Source: the human T2T-CHM13v2.0 reference genome, Homo sapiens
Assembly (NCBI RefSeq): GCF_009914755.1
Contig: NC_060935.1
DNA length: 64,000 bases
Strand: one strand, 5' to 3'
Below the pieces are notes generated by a model that saw only the letters and a program-made list of their open reading frames with translations, was not told the DNA's origin and did not search any database. Below are positions 46,438 through 63,140 of the stretch, piece after piece. The position numbers and the translations under genes are program-made. Position 1 is the first letter of the stretch. Each line of letters begins with the position of its first letter.

Positions 46438-47275
46438 TGTTGAGATCTCTCTTTGAACAGTGACTTTAAACTCTAGCCCTGCCTGGACAAGGCTCCAGGG
46501 AATTTGTTCTGTTGATGTTTACAGTGTGCCTTTCACAGGATACGTCTTTATCCTGGCGAATGGCCTAGTGCCTAAGTGTTCCACCTGTGACCAGGTGTCC
46601 CTCTTATAGGAAACTTGTTTACATTGGCAGATGACCATGTGGCTCTTGTCTGACCTGTATCTAATTTATTCCTGCCAAGACAGACACTGTCTAGGAAAGG
46701 CTTGACCAGGAGGAATGTTAGGTCTGGGTGTGTTGGTCCTGTGAAACACAGAGGAGACAATGCAACAAAAATACGTGAAATAACATAATCAGTTTATTAC
46801 TCACAGATTCATGAGAGAGGAGAAGTACTGATAAAAGCTGATGGGAAGGTCTCAAGGGCAATGGGCTCAACCAGCAGGTGAGGAGCCAGGGAGAAACAGA
46901 CCACTGGGTCTGTGGGGTCCACAGCATTCCCCCACACAGGTTTCCCGGGGAGTTCTAATTGGCGGGTTTAGAACAAGCAGGAGCAAGTTTCATGAGGTCA
47001 TAGTGTGACTGAGAGTGGTTACTGTAGCATATCTGTGTAATCCATGAGGGGTATTAGGGTCACTGAATGAGTCAAGTAGGCTGAATTTATGTGCGCAAGG
47101 AGGTGGTCACCAGGAGGCAGCTGAATAAGGCAGAAGTGTGTACTGACCACATCGTGGAACTGAGAGGAGGCGAACTGGAAACTGTCAAAGGTGGCTAAGC
47201 TGTGCTTCTGGGATAAGAAAGTTTAACCTAGATTCAGGATGCATGCACAGGCAACACAAAATGAATTATAACAGT
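46438..47275 (-). mobile_element. ERVL-class solo LTR (MER54/MER74-like)
   Basis: 'ggaaacttgtttacattggcagatg...gtggctcttgtctgacctgt'. Elevated GC. Inserted in an L1M 5' region. Confidence 0.65.
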
Positions 47276-47279
47276 CCAT

Positions 47280-48435
<1,156 letters not shown>

Positions 48436-51131
48436 TAAACTTGCATTCTCATTTTCAATATTTGCATCTTATGTTACTTTATCTTTACTTGACCAGCATT
48501 TAAAGAAGAATATTCAATAATAGTGGTATTAATGGGAAAACTATCATGTTTTTATAAATATAATTTTTTTCAGTCATACCGAGTTCAACTGTATTTGACA
48601 TTTTCTCTTTTATTTATAGGTGATTAAATCAAATCAATCTTATACAAAGTATCTTAGATAATGAAGTTGACCTTATTATTCTATGAATAATATTAATTCT
48701 GTAGCCAAAGTCAGCTATATGTTCATGAATTGCTGGATTAAAGAAAATGACCTTTCATTGTGAACTATAATTAGGATTGTTAGATAAGAACATATAGATG
48801 AGTATATTTGCTATGTCAACTGTTGTGAGAGCTTCTGTATAATACTCAGGAATTTTCCTGAAATTTAAAACTTGGGGGTTACTGTGAATCTCTGTTGTAT
48901 ATTTGAGTCTAGATTTTCTAGGAGTGCAAATTTGTATTAATTATTACATTCATTTAATCATTCATTCATTTGTAGCATGGTATTGTGTTCCTAACTTGCA
49001 CATTTTGTTGTAATCAAGTATATATTAAATTCTGGGCAGAGTTCAATACCTCCAGGATAGTGCATTGTGGTTTCTTGCTCAAATGCAGTTGTTTCATTCC
49101 AACTGGATCAGTTTCACAGCATAGATCAAGTAAGCCCCCAGCTGAATAATAGAATGGTACGTTTGAAAGTCTTTTTATTGTTTAAAAAGCCCATGTTCAA
49201 ATAAAGCAAAAACAATTACTTATATACTTCTGGAATCTGTAAATAACCAAATGAAGGCTATCTTATTGCTTTATGTATGTATCCTGCTAATTTTGCAAGT
49301 ATAATTGTACTGCACAACCTGTGTACTCAAATGACCAATCAGATTAAGTAAAAATAACATATTAAAATGACAAAGCACATAACTAGTGGCACTGAAAGAA
49401 ACGTGAAGAAGACAGATGTGAACAAAAACACTTATGGCACATAGTTCTAGCAAAGATATTTTGAAAGAAAGATACACATACATGAGCACACACAACATGT
49501 ATTCCAACAAAGACATTTATGATGCAGAATATGTAGATTTAATAAGATGAATTGAGAGGCAGATCATATAGATTTGCAAGCACACTGTGTTTTCTTCATG
49601 GAAAAAGAAGCCTGAGGACTTTTCTTACATTCATACTGTTTTAAATTACAAGACTGGCTTGCCACCATTATAATTACCCATTTCAATGTTGTCCCAATTT
49701 ACTTTTGTATCCCCATGACTTCCCTCCACATCTGAATAAAACCACTCAGTCCAGGGCTTTGGAAACTTCCCACAGAACAGTCTCCTCTACTCCCATCTTC
49801 CCTGTGATAATATGACAGGTTTATCTCTCACTACATCCACTATTAATTTTCAGTTCTCATTATTATATCTTTAATTCTATCTTACCCATTTATTTCTAGT
49901 TCTTTACAATTTCTCTTCCCAGTTACAAACCATTATCTCCTTTTTATTATGATTTTCCCCCTAATCATCTTCTATTATCTCTTATTTTAGTACTTGGCTT
50001 TCCCTCTTTGATGTCTTTTGGTTTGAACTTCAGGTAATTTGACCCTTTTTGTTACTTCTTTGACTTATCATAGATCCATTGTCTATTCTCCTTATTTTTT
50101 TCATCTTTCATCTTTTTCTATATATTGAAATTCATACAATGGTATGGTTTAGCTGCAGCCGGCAGGGTGATGAGCTGTGGAGAGCTGTCAGAAAGTGAAC
50201 AAACAGGCTTTTATGATAAAAGGTCGAAGTAGAGCACACATGAGGTTAAAAAATAAAAAGCTTCTATTATAGGATTTAGGGAATTGAATGTACATGACAT
50301 GATTCCAAAAAAAGGGGGAAAAATACATTGAGTAGGTAATGACATCATGACAAGAGGAAAGCACTATTTATCTCATCAAAGCTTAGTGAACTTAAATGCT
50401 AAATCACACAAAGCATGTGATTTAAAACTATTTTAAAATAGTTTGTGGGAGATTAGATCAGAAACCCAACATTTGAAGTCTGTATGCATAGGCCAGAAGC
50501 ACCGGGTGTTGGAAATAGCATCTGACCTGGGGAGCAGGAGGCTTCACCACTTGTTTAACCTTTTTTCTTTTGACTTTTATTTTTTTCCTCTATAAAATGG
50601 AGTTAATAGAACATATTGCCATAGTTATAGATCCTATAGTCATAGACTTTTGTTCAACCTTATGAGTGGCAAGCTCTAGAAGAAAGGTTAAAAGTTTCTA
50701 TTCATACGTTCTTGAACTTAGGTAGGTTTAGCTCCAAATCTGGTGCTGTTTATTACTATGCTCAACTGCCTCAGGTTCCATATATTAAAAAAAAAATTCA
50801 CTATACACACTTAAGCATTTAATTAAAACTCGGGAGAGTAAAATAAATTATTTTGAAAAAATATGGCAACTCTTATTAAGAACCCTAACGTATAGTTCTT
50901 TTGGCTCAGTAATTTTATGTCTAGAATTATATCCAGAGGAAAAAGCCCAAAATATAGGCAAAAGACTTTAATACAAAGATGTCCAATGCAGTGTTAGCTG
51001 CAGCTGGCAAGGCATTTAAAAAATAATGTAAATATCCAATTGTAAGGAAATAGTTAAATAAATTAACATAAATTCATACGGCTGCCATGAAAACTGTTTG
51101 AGATGAATTCTAACATTAAAATATAAATTTA

Positions 51132-51479
<348 letters not shown>

Positions 51480-51589
51480 TTACATTATGTAAAATGTTCT
51501 TTTAACATTATGTAAGTAATAGGTCTTAAGTGTCAAAATATTTAGAAAACAACTGAAAGGTATATATCTAAATATCATAATGGTGGGAT

Positions 51590-51850
51590 TTTGATCCAAG
51601 GGTACAAACTTTCAGGTATAAGATTAATAAATTCTGAAGATCTAATGTACAGGATGATGGCTGTACTTCATAATAATGTATACTTGAAATTTTCTAAGAG
51701 AGGAGATCTTTTGTGGTTTTCATCAGACAAAACATGGTCACTATGTGATATGACCACTATGTTAATCAGCTTGATTGTGGTAATCATTTCACAATGCATA
51801 GGTATATCAAAACATTCACACTATACACCTTAAATATATTTAATAAAAAG
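51590..51850 (+). mobile_element. L1MA9/MB-like 3' end
   Basis: 'gggtacaaactttcag.tataag...gatctaatgtacag...gcttgattgtggtaatcatttcacaatg...aataaaaa'. Confidence 0.85.
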
Positions 51851-53204
51851 TATAATTGTTTTAGCAATCTAGATGGTTTTCGGTATTTCTATTCTGTATT
51901 CTCTAAATTTTCTATAATAAGGTTAATTGTCTAATGGAGAAGAGTAGCATATGCTCTTTCAGTACATCTAATATAGCTTCTTAGGAAATTCCCTGCATTC
52001 TTTTTACATGGCATGATTATATTTCTGAAGATCAAAGTAGATGACCAATATCCTAGAGCAGTAGCTATAAAACACAAATTAAACCAAACTCAATCAAATC
52101 CCCAAATAGGCACATTTCTCTTATCTAAGGGACTATACTTATTGCCATAAATTTGATATTTTATCATCTCATTGCCTATTATATTTTATAAGAAATATTA
52201 AATTAATTGCTCTTATCTGGAATTTGATTTTCCTAATTATGGTTCCACCTGGAACCTGGTACTTGGCAGCCAGGTCTTTTCTCTAGCTAGCATTTTTTCC
52301 TTAATTCTCATCACATTTCACTATCCCCATTTCTCAGCCAAGGCAAATCGCTTATTTTCTGAAGCATTTTTGTGGATAGAGTTCTGTCTTTCTTGAACCT
52401 GTTACCTCTCCAGGTTAAAGAATTCTGGATGGTTCATTGTTGTAATATCTTTTCCTGAAAAACAAATCATTAAATGCAGTGTTATGGGGTAAAATCACTT
52501 GAAAGATGTGGAGGGAGAATAAAGTTTACATTACTATTATTCCAAGTGACATGGAACATTGAAAATGAAAATTGAGGGATTTTTTGGTTCTTATTTACTC
52601 TGATACTAATCAAAAGTTATGGTTACCTTGGCAACTCTCTAAGCAAGTGATCATCTAGGTGGGAACAGAGCCGTTACTTTACTCTCTTGTACTCTGCCAC
52701 GGAGCCAGGGAAAATTAAATTATGTTAAGAATAGATGACATTCTCCATGCCTTTGGTAGATGGCTTTAAAATAACATAATTTCATTTTTCGCACCATTTT
52801 CTGAAGTCATAACTTTTTCCTCTTTTTTTCTTAAATGACCCAACAATTCAAAAAAAGCAACTACATTAGAAACATTAGAGGATTTCATAAAAGCTGCGTA
52901 AAAAGAATAAACTGATTGAGATGCTATCAGAAACATTTCAAACTCTTCTCCAAAATCAAAATTGGGTTCGCTGTATTTAAAAATGCCTAGGGGGATGTTA
53001 CTCATTATTATTATTTTCAGCTCACTGACTTCTAGTAACGGGGAAAGGCATGGAATGGTGGAAATGGCTGGGGTTTTAAGATCACCCTACTATGAAACTG
53101 AATATTCTGCAGAATTTAGAGATGTTGGCCAAAACACTATGCCTTCTGAGCCATGTTTCCTCATGAGTAAAATGAAATGAAGGTGCTCTCAGGTGGTGTT
53201 AAGA

Positions 53205-53405
53205 ACCTTGCTATTCAAAATGTGGTCTTCAAGTGTGCTCCAATGGCACCAGCATTATGTGTCCATTTATTGAGAAAAGCTTCCAATGCAGAGGCCAGCT
53301 TTAACTCAACTCGAGATGTATTACATTTCCCAGATGTAATTAATCATAATCTGCATTGCAACAAGGTTCCCGGGTGATGCACATTATAACGTGAAACATA
53401 GTGAT
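53205..53405. mobile_element. MER5A-like
   Basis: 'cttgctattcaaaatgtggtc...aatctgcatt..aacaag.ttcccgggtgatgcacatta'. Confidence 0.65.
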
Positions 53406-56400
53406 GGAGATCCTTGTATCATATCCTGGCTCACCACAGGTGCTCAAAAACTGATCATCACCGTTCTCCATCCACTTAACAGACATAACTTTACCTTGGC
53501 TTCAAACACTAATAAGTCCTGTTTTGAAGGCTGCATTAAAAACCCAAGCAGCTATCATTCAACTTCTGTTGACATTATGGGTTTCTGTTCTCTGTGGTTG
53601 AACACTTTAGCATCAAACCCAAAATGTGCTTAATAAGTAAAAATATATGCATCATTATTTAATTTAAATATTCAGGTTTTGGAGGTTTTTACAACATATT
53701 ATATTTCAATCTAAATAGTAGGCATTAAGTGAACATATTTATACTAAAATCACAAATATTTGAGAAGTAGTTAAAAAATGAGATTTTTTTTGGATAAATT
53801 CGAAAGAGACAGTGTTTGTGGGTTTTGGGGTCACATTTCAATCCTGCCTTTGGCTACCTCTAACAGGTTACTTGCTACCATCTATAAAAATGTAATAGTA
53901 ACAATATGTCCTACCTAATCCAGGTCAGTGGGAATAGCGTTACATCTTCCCCTCTGTTACTGTGTTTAGAAATAATCGAGTTTTAGATGGACATTTGTCT
54001 GCATGGATCCATGTACAAATATGTGAAAATTTTTTCACTACATAAAATTACCCATAATCTATCATTTGTTACCTCTCATTACGAGGATTAGAAAAAAAGT
54101 TTGAATTATTGAAAATATAAATGTATATATATATACACACATACATAGTTTCAAATAAATTATTAAAGTGTTCCCAAGTAGAGATCTTCAGGGATCTGTT
54201 TTAACGAAAACTGAAGATGAATCTGTAATTATCAATTATGCATATTAAAATTTTATTTTTTTGGAATGGTTTATGCTTTCTGTCAAGCTTGCCTCACCTA
54301 AGTGATAACAGGATTTTTTTCTCACTGGGTTAATGCTGGTGACAATCTATTATTTCACTCTTCTACTTGCCTGTTGTGAGCAGGGGTGTCACCCACAATA
54401 AAAGATGTTGGTAAATGTTGAAGTATCCATAAAAACAAGATAAACATATATCAAAGTAGCACAGACCTTAGAAATCTTTTTTTTCTTTTAACCTATCCAG
54501 TAATTGAGAAAAGTTTGAAGTGCACAGTTCGACCCTCCTAAAATTCTCTCACTTTCCAAATAAGTAGAGTACAAATTTATTAACCTGTAAGTTAGAAAGC
54601 TGGGTAGTCATTTTCTTCACCAAGAAATGATGAATATATATTATATAGTATAGACCCTTAAGCACTTATTTTTCTTGGCAAAAATCTTGCATTGATTCAG
54701 ATGCTGTGGTTTGTGGCCCTTATACAGAGTCCTGTGAACTTGACTAGGACATTTAGCCTCTTTCAGCCTGTTTTCTAGTAAGGCAGGGACTTGTCTTATT
54801 CACTTCTGTACCTCAGCGGCTAGAAGGGTAACTATCAGAAATATTTGTCGAATGAACAAAACTATAAAATCTGCTGTGTGCAATTCTTCACAGTAGAGCC
54901 AACTGGAGTTGACCCATCACACTAATAGCCCCAATTGTTGGTTTATAGGCCTGCTAAAATACTGTTCCCCTCAGCTCTGGGGACAGTTGCCAGGGCCTAG
55001 GGTGGCTAGAACTCGGGGCAATCTCTCCCCAGCTGTTATCTAGCTTTTCCATTAGCTCAATAGCTACACTAATGAAGTATTCTCATTTTCTATGTATGCT
55101 ATGGCATGAATAAAGTTGGAAAGCCCTTCTTTAGAGGAAGAGTGATAAACTCAAAATGTCCATATAAACTAGGCAGGTAATTTGAGAGAAGCAAGCCTGG
55201 TGTAAGTGCCTGCTAGCTGCTGCTAACTGAAATTGGTTGTAGAAACTTAAGTACTGAAGGTATGAAACGTGAAAGTGTAGTATAGAAAACAAATACCATG
55301 GAATTATAATATATGACATTTTTAATTTCAGTTGTAGAAGTATTGGCCTCTGAATCTTACAGAATTAGACTGCCATACTTCTGCTTATTGAGCTTATCTC
55401 CTGATCCTTCACCCTTTTTGGTCTTCATCTTTCTACCATGCTCCCCCCTTTTTTTTTATTACCAATTAGATTTTACCTCTCTTGCTATTTCAAGTGTAAA
55501 TCCACACACAGCTTTAGGTTATAATTTTGATTTTGTGGCTTTTATTTCATGATACCACAACTCCTTTTCTGCCATCTTTTATTTACATGCCTATAAAGTA
55601 CCAGGCAATATACTAAAGTATAGAGAAAATGTGATCAATATGGTATGTTCTGTGTTTTGATAAGCAGGAGACCATACAATAAACCTTTAATTGAAATTAT
55701 AATAAACTTTGATGTAGCACTATCTGGGTATGAGGAATTATTCTAAGCATTTTTTCATTTGTTATCTTACTTCATTCACATGAAAAACATGTTGAGACTT
55801 TATGTGCTAACTTAAATTTGTCAAATTCTACCATAGGAATGCCAGACTTCCAAGACAGTAAATTCCAAGATGCTGGGCAGTCTTGATAAATTCCCATTAT
55901 ATGTTCTAACTTCATATACCTAGCCTCCCTTCCATTCTTCCTCTCTTTCTCTTTCCAAATCCACAGCTACTTCACAGGCACAATCTATGCATTTTTAAGG
56001 GTTTGTTGTGGTTCAGATATGGCATACTTCCTATTTTAAAGATGTCAGAAAATCTCAAGATATACCACTATGAATGTGCGCATGTGCATTTGTGTGTATA
56101 CACAAATAAACTGTAATGTATTAAGAGCTATCTATGAAACAGGAGTTCTGCCAAGGGTATCTTCACTTCTCACACCAGCCCTGCAAGGCAAGAAATATAA
56201 TCTCCATTTCAAAAATGAGGTTAAGAGGAAGCAATTTGTCCAAGATCACATAGCCACTGAATTTTAAAACTTAGATTCATACTCATATGTGTTTGACTTT
56301 AAAATCTACACTTTTCTTCATTGCCTCTCCTTTACTTATAGTAATTTAGTCCAACCGTTCATCTGATGCTCATAACCCATATGCAACTTCACTGACAAAT

Positions 56401-56819
56401 GGTTAAACAGTTAATGCCTTCAAAACAGAAGTGACAAGGTTCCTATTTAATCAAAATGAAACAGACACTGTGGCCTGCTCTAAGCTTTGAAAGTTAAAGT
56501 CTCATTAAGTTGAAATATGTTTAAAATTAAAACCTTTCCTCCAGTGAAGATGACTCAGATTCTGTCCCTTGAACCATGTAGAATGTAGAATTTGCTTGCT
56601 CTTTTCTTTTCTTCTCTTTTCTTTCTTTCTTTTTTTTTTTTTTTTTTTTTAACAATTCTTCCCCCAAGCTTTCTCTTTTCCAAAAAAGCTGCACTTGGTT
56701 CCTCATCTGGTCTTCATGGTGCAGTTTCAATTCTCATCCCTATGCCTGTTTCTTTCTTAACATGCCTGAAATGAATATATCCTGCATGGTCAGCTCAGCC
56801 AGTTCTCCATTCTCTTTCT

Positions 56820-57335
56820 TCTGGTTACAGGTTTGCTCCACCCTATATTCTACACAGCCACTGGCCACAAGACTGATCACATGACCAAATCCTAGCCAAC
56901 CACATTGTTCCATCTCCCTGACAATAGTGATTCGGTGAAAGGTTTTTAAATGACTGCAGCATAGTAATCAGAGCTTTTCTCAGGAATTTCTATCTAAATG
57001 TTAGGTGAAAGGAAGTTTACTCTGTCAGCTGAAACAGCTAAGCCAAGACTCTTTAGTGGTCATGCTTCCTCCCAGTAGTGAAGGCCTATATGAAATAAGA
57101 AAGGGTAAGGTCAACATGCAAGGAGAAGCAGTGATAAACAGAAATGAGAGACTGAAAACAAACAGAGAGACTGAATGGCTCCGAAATCCTGGTTCCATTC
57201 CTAAAACTCAGGTTTAAGCAATTTTTTTCTTCAGGTAGGTAGATTATCTGAGAACTCTTCTTAGCAGTGTGAGCCAAAAAAAATCCCTTTCTTGCATGTG
57301 AAGTTTCTGTCGTTAACAAAGGAAAGAATCCTGAC
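56820..57335 (+). mobile_element. MLT1 (J/K-like) LTR
   Basis: 'cacatgaccaaatcctagccaac', 'gtgagccaaaaaaaatcccttt', 'aagaatcctgac'. Confidence 0.6.
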
Positions 57336-59689
57336 AGATGTATTCCACATTAAGGTGTGATGCCTGGGAACTGAAAATACTGTAAGGGGAAGCATGCCAC
57401 CTCCCTTCAGCTACTTTTATTCCACAGTATGACCTAAAAATCTTTTAATTTTTTAGCAGCCATGTCAGCACTACTGACTCTCATTGAGTTTGTTAATGTA
57501 TAAAATCACCATGAATTTCATATTTAATCTGACATACTAATACGATTAGATTCTTTGAGAGTCTAATTCTGTAATTCAACGTATTTTTTTTCTTCCAGCT
57601 GCATGTAATTTGCAAATTTAAACTTCCTGTCTATAGCTTTGTGACCTTGAGCAAATCTCTAAATATCTTTAAAATTTGAAGAATATCTATCTTATTGGTA
57701 ACTGTGAGAATAAAGTTTATGCCAAGCAATTTCCTCAATGCCTAGCACATAGCAGTTGCTCAAACGTAGTAGTGGTAATTTTTAAAAAGAAAGAAGCTAA
57801 AGGAAGAGGTCTTTGGAAAACAGCAAAAATCTGTGCTCTAATATTTAATCAGTTCATTAATTAGAATCATGAATATGGTTGTTTAGGCCCTTGCAGATAT
57901 ACTTCCCTATATGTCATTCAGGTTATCTTCCTTTTGTGACTGTGACAAATACCTGGCTAAATCCAGATGGATGTAATCCACCTTTTTCAAACTCTTGTTC
58001 AAGGGGGAATGAAGTCAGTCTGACCTGACTCATTCTTCTTAAACTCATCCTGCTGATTTCTGTTTCCACTTCCAAATGCTTACAAACTGTTACTTTAATA
58101 GTCTGCTATTCAATTGTGCTTAACATTTATTTCAAGCTTGTAAATCACAAGTCATAAAGTTTGTGTGTGGCTAATTACAATCCCTTTTAAAAAGAACTAC
58201 CACTGTATCTGTAGCCTTGTGGCACAAAACCCATTTTATCATGTTTCAAGACCACTGGAAGCAGAATAGCAGTTTCAAACACAAGTCTTTAGTAGCCTGA
58301 AACATAACTTCACAGAACTCTGCTGGGCACTTTTCTATAATTCATTCAACTACTCGTAATGGGAAGTCTTTCTTATTGATAATGTTCATTATACATCTTA
58401 GTCCTAACACACACAAATTAGATATATACATACATAAATATGTGAATATATACAATGTTATAAGTTAATAAAAATATAAAATATACCACATAGTACCAAC
58501 ATTTTAAGTTTTGTTTATTACCCATGCTCTGAAAATTGGTGTACATGCATCTGAAGCTATAAATATTATTTGCTGCTATTTCCCAATTGGTTTCATGTAC
58601 GAATCACTGGGCACCACCTACACTTCGTTCTCATATCAGGCCTGCAGCCCTCCCTAATAGCAATCAGTTTCATAGCTCTGTCTCTGTTTTTTTTCTTTCC
58701 CTTCCACACTTAATTTAATAATTTGACTGTGCCAGATAGAGTTTAAACAAATTAATTCTGTCCTGCTCTCAGGCAAATCACTCTAACTTAGCTTGTTGAT
58801 GCTTTACCTTACAGGCATTTAAATTCATACAAGGTAAGATATAGTTAATTATGATAAATAATTTTTTTCATTCAACAGAATAATTATTCATATTCCTTGG
58901 CAGTTCTTAATTTATTAGTCTTCCTTAAAAACTATTGCTTTAAAACTTCTTTGGGCTTTTCTTTGTTGAATCACAAAATTCTGCTTATGTAGCTTGAACT
59001 CAACAAGCCTTATTAAATTAGAGGAAAAAACACATTGCCAATCTCTATCAAGGCTAGGTGCTTCAGATATATATATATAAAAAACAATATTTAATTGTTC
59101 AGGGAACTTTAGCTAAACCCACATTTGAAAGCTAGTTGGGAAAAAATAAAATTATCATCCAAGAAAGCCAGTTTTAAAGTTATCATAAAAAGAATTATGA
59201 TAACTTTCTCCTGCCTATTAGACTGTGTGGTTTTTCCCTTGCCCTCTCAGGTAACCTGCAATTCAGGATAATTGCAGTTGCCCCTCATTATCCTCTTTGT
59301 GTCTTATACTTAGGCTCTATGCTTGCTCATCTCCATCTACCCCTCCCCAACCCAGCTTAGAGGTGGGTGTAGTTGAAGTGCTACTCATTGTCGTTGTTTG
59401 GAGGTCTGGAATATATATCCATGTTCTTTTTTGTTTAGTTTTAATACAGTTTAACTAAAACATCAAATACAAAACACAGAGTATCAACCTGTAGAACTTA
59501 CCTACAAGTTAACTAGAAAGAAAAAAAGAAAAAGAGATGTTATTGAGGTGTATTTGTTTCCTTTCTAAAAATCTAGAGTTTTTTGAGTGAGTGAATAGAA
59601 ATACTAGGAAAGATAGTATTTAATTTTTACCTCTTTCCCCCCAAATATCCTTTCTGAATTCCATTTTCTCTTCTAGACTTAAATCCCAT

Positions 59690-60245
59690 TTTTCTTACCA
59701 TTAGTAGTAAACAAATACTCTGGGTTCCCTCACAACTCTTATCCCATTTTCTGGTTAAAGAGCCCTGATATTGTTTTGGGAAAGTACCACATTTCCATTC
59801 TCTCAGCCTATAGGATTCAGACATACCTTGGACAGAGAAATGGCTTACCTCTGGCCATAGAGAAGAGTACAAGAATGAACACTTGACCCAGGTTGGTCAT
59901 TTTAGAGCCTGGTACCGGGGGCTTCTGATAGATGGAATGGGAAAGAAGCTTCTTTTCATGCAGTTGCTGAGAACATATGATGAAATGCTGGAGACTTTGA
60001 CATCCGTTCTGCCAGCAACAGGAAGTATACAGTCTATAAAGGAAGCTCATGCAGACTAAGGCATAGCCAAGAACCTAAAAGAGCAAGTCTAGATACTGGT
60101 GACAACTTTGGAGAACACGTATTCAGTTGTTCCCAAAATCAATCATTGCTAAGAAATTTTAGCTACATCACATTAAAGCTTGTTTTTGCCCAAATCTGTG
60201 GAGATGGAAAGTTTCCTATCTCTCACAAATGAAAGAGTCCTGCCT
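59690..60245 (+). mobile_element. MLT1 (K-like) LTR
   Basis: 'agagccctgatattgttttggg', 'cacttgacccaggttggtca', 'aaatgaaagagtcctg'. Confidence 0.55.
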
Positions 60246-60569
60246 AAAACATCATTTCCCTCCAAAAACATCTCTTCAATTCACTCAGCACTGAAAAGCA
60301 TATCATTTAACTGCCATCTGTTCCACATTGTAAAAAAAAAAAGGTTACTTCAGACTTGTCTGTCTCTATTGCCTCTTCTTGTTGACCTTACTCTCACATC
60401 ATATTATTATTTATTTTTACTATGTTCCCTATATCCTCAAAAGTTATTGGCATGATAGTAGGCACTTTTCTACATTTCTGTATTTCTTGTATAGAAATTT
60501 TCACCCATACTGTCTGTAGCTCAGTATGTATTTACTAGGAGTTATTTGTATTGATTAGATTGACATATC

Positions 60570-60898
60570 CTTCTTTTTTTAGTTGTATAAAATTAAAGGC
60601 TATAAGTGCAGTTTTGTTACATGGATATATTGTGTAGTGGTGAAGTTGGGCTTTTATTGTAAACATCAGCAAAATATTGCATATTGTGTCCATTAAGTAA
60701 TTTGTCATCCCTCAACCCCTCCCACCTTCCTACGCTTCTGAGTCTCCAGTGTCTATTATTCCATACTCTTTGTCCAAATGTACACATTATTTTGCTCCCA
60801 CATATAAGTGAGAACATGCAGTATTTGACTGTTTCTGAACTGGGTCATTTAATATAATGGCCACCAGTTCCATCCATGTTGCTACAAAAGACGTAATT
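60570..60898 (-). mobile_element. L1MA 3' end fragment
   Basis: 'gttacatggatatattgtgtagtggtgaagt', 'gctcccacatataagtgagaacatgcagtatttg', 'gttccatccatgttgct'. Confidence 0.85.
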
Positions 60899-61934
60899 TA
60901 ATAGATATATGTGAAATCTGGTCATTAATTCTTACCTTTAAGCTTACTGAAAAGATAAAGGCCTAGTAAGTTGAGACTGGAATTAAAATGAATATCTTCA
61001 TTATGAGTGAGAGAGACTTCAGAAGCACAGTGCCCTAAATATCAAGAGATGGCTCTTCCTCACCTGCTAAGTCCTTAACATTTGTATTTTGTCCAAAATT
61101 AATTTTTAGAGTACTAAAAGGATAACAGTTTATTGATATATGTTTTGAACTTTAAATCTCATTGTGTATCCAATAACAAATTGCTTGTTATTGTTAATAG
61201 TTATTTTAGTAGAATAAAGGGGTCTATATATTATTAGTTATTTAGTAGAATAAGGGGGTCTCTCTCTATATATATATCTCACACTTTTCCTTGAGACATA
61301 TTCTTTTTCTCTTCTCTCCCCTTTTTCTTCCTCCTTCTCCTTCTTTTTGTTGCTTAACCTAAGGAGGTACTTTCTTCCAAAGAGTCTTCCTTAAATATGC
61401 ATTGTATATAAAAGGAAAAAGCAAGTTCCTGTAAAAAACAAATGGTGAAACAGCAGTATTTTTCCTATTCGTATTTTAAATTCTGCATAATTTGGATCTC
61501 AATGAGCTGGTATCATATACAAACAGCCTGGACCCTTGAGATGTACTAAAACAAAGAAAATTTGCTCACATTATGATTGTTAATGGATGACTTAGTGTAT
61601 GACAAGGATTCTTTACAATACAGTGAAGATAATTATAATTGAAGACACAAAGCAAAACCTGCTTCAGCTAGGAAATTCTTCAGAGGCACATGTTATTTTT
61701 ATGGATCTCCTCAGGAAGGGGCAGGCCATGTCAATAACTAACATTTGCTATTAAAATATGAAGTAATCAAATAATATCAACCTTCAGGGAAATATGTTTA
61801 ACTGCTTAATCAAGTTTTGCTTTAAACATTTTCCCTAAAAGTAAGAATGTATCATTTTTAAAATCCTGAGGCAGTTTGTAAAGTTGGTTAATGGGTAAGG
61901 AAATGTTAAGGGAACCACATTTTTTAAAGAATAA

Positions 61935-62284
<350 letters not shown>

Positions 62285-62522
62285 TCATTGTATGTAAATT
62301 ACGACAGCAAATTAAGTCCAGAAAAAACATATAAATGAAAGGAATAAGAAGAAAAAATAGTTGAGATGAATAGGATGAAAAATTAAGTGAAAGTGTGGCA
62401 AAATATATTTATTTAGTGGTATGAAATGCAGTCCCTTGTGGGAAGGAAGAGTTTAGATAGAAATCTAGAGAAAAGGGAAACAGGAATACATTGTATTTCT
62501 CGTCAACCTATGTAAAAGATAC

Positions 62523-62905
62523 TGTGATGAGCCATGATGATCTCCCTTCAGGACTGCAGGAATTATGCCCCCAGCTGGCAGCTCTTAACTGTGAGTCCTC
62601 TCTAGAAATTGCCTAGGCTGGAAAGGGTTCCCTCAACCTCAAGGTAGTAAGAGCCTGTATCCCATGATAAGTTGACTCGACTCTAACTCCTTGATCCAAT
62701 GCAAGCCGACTCTGGAGGACTGCTCTAGTTTCTCTGTGGGGACAGCTGTGGCGTTTGTCAAGACTGAATCAATTTCTATCTGCCCAGTTCTGCTTCCTTC
62801 CTGTCTCTTCCCCTCCACAGGTGCTGATACTGAAAGTGTCCCCAAATAAATTTTACCTCAAACTCTACCTCAGGGTCTACTTCCTAGAGAACTCAGCTTG
62901 TAACA
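62523..62905 (+). mobile_element. LTR16-like (ERVL) solo LTR
   Basis: TG...CA termini, 'ctgcccagttctgcttccttc', 'ccacaggtgctgat', 'aataaa', 'ctcagggtctacttcctagagaac'. Confidence 0.75.
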
Positions 62906-62944
62906 ATCTGTGAAATTATTCCTTTGGTTGCTAATGGTTGTTGA

Positions 62945-63140
62945 GTAAATATTATTTGTTAGGGACCATGTATGTGTACTCTCTACATGGATTATGTCAT
63001 TTGATCTTCCCAACCCACAAGGGATGTACTATTATTGTCCACAGTTTTCAGCTGAGGAAACTGAACTATAGTGAGGTTAAATCATTTGTTCTAGGTCTGT
63101 GGGTGAGAAAAGTTGGAGTTTGGAGCTGGAGTCTACCACA
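62945..63140 (-). mobile_element. MIR
   Basis: 'tcatttgatcttcc...gatgtactattatt...tttcagctgaggaaactga...gaggttaa'. Confidence 0.75.

Noticed and set aside
52766-53633. Run of adjacent short ORFs resembling an operon
   Set aside because: They overlap MIR/MER5A remnants, show no recognisable domains and are within chance length in eukaryotic DNA.
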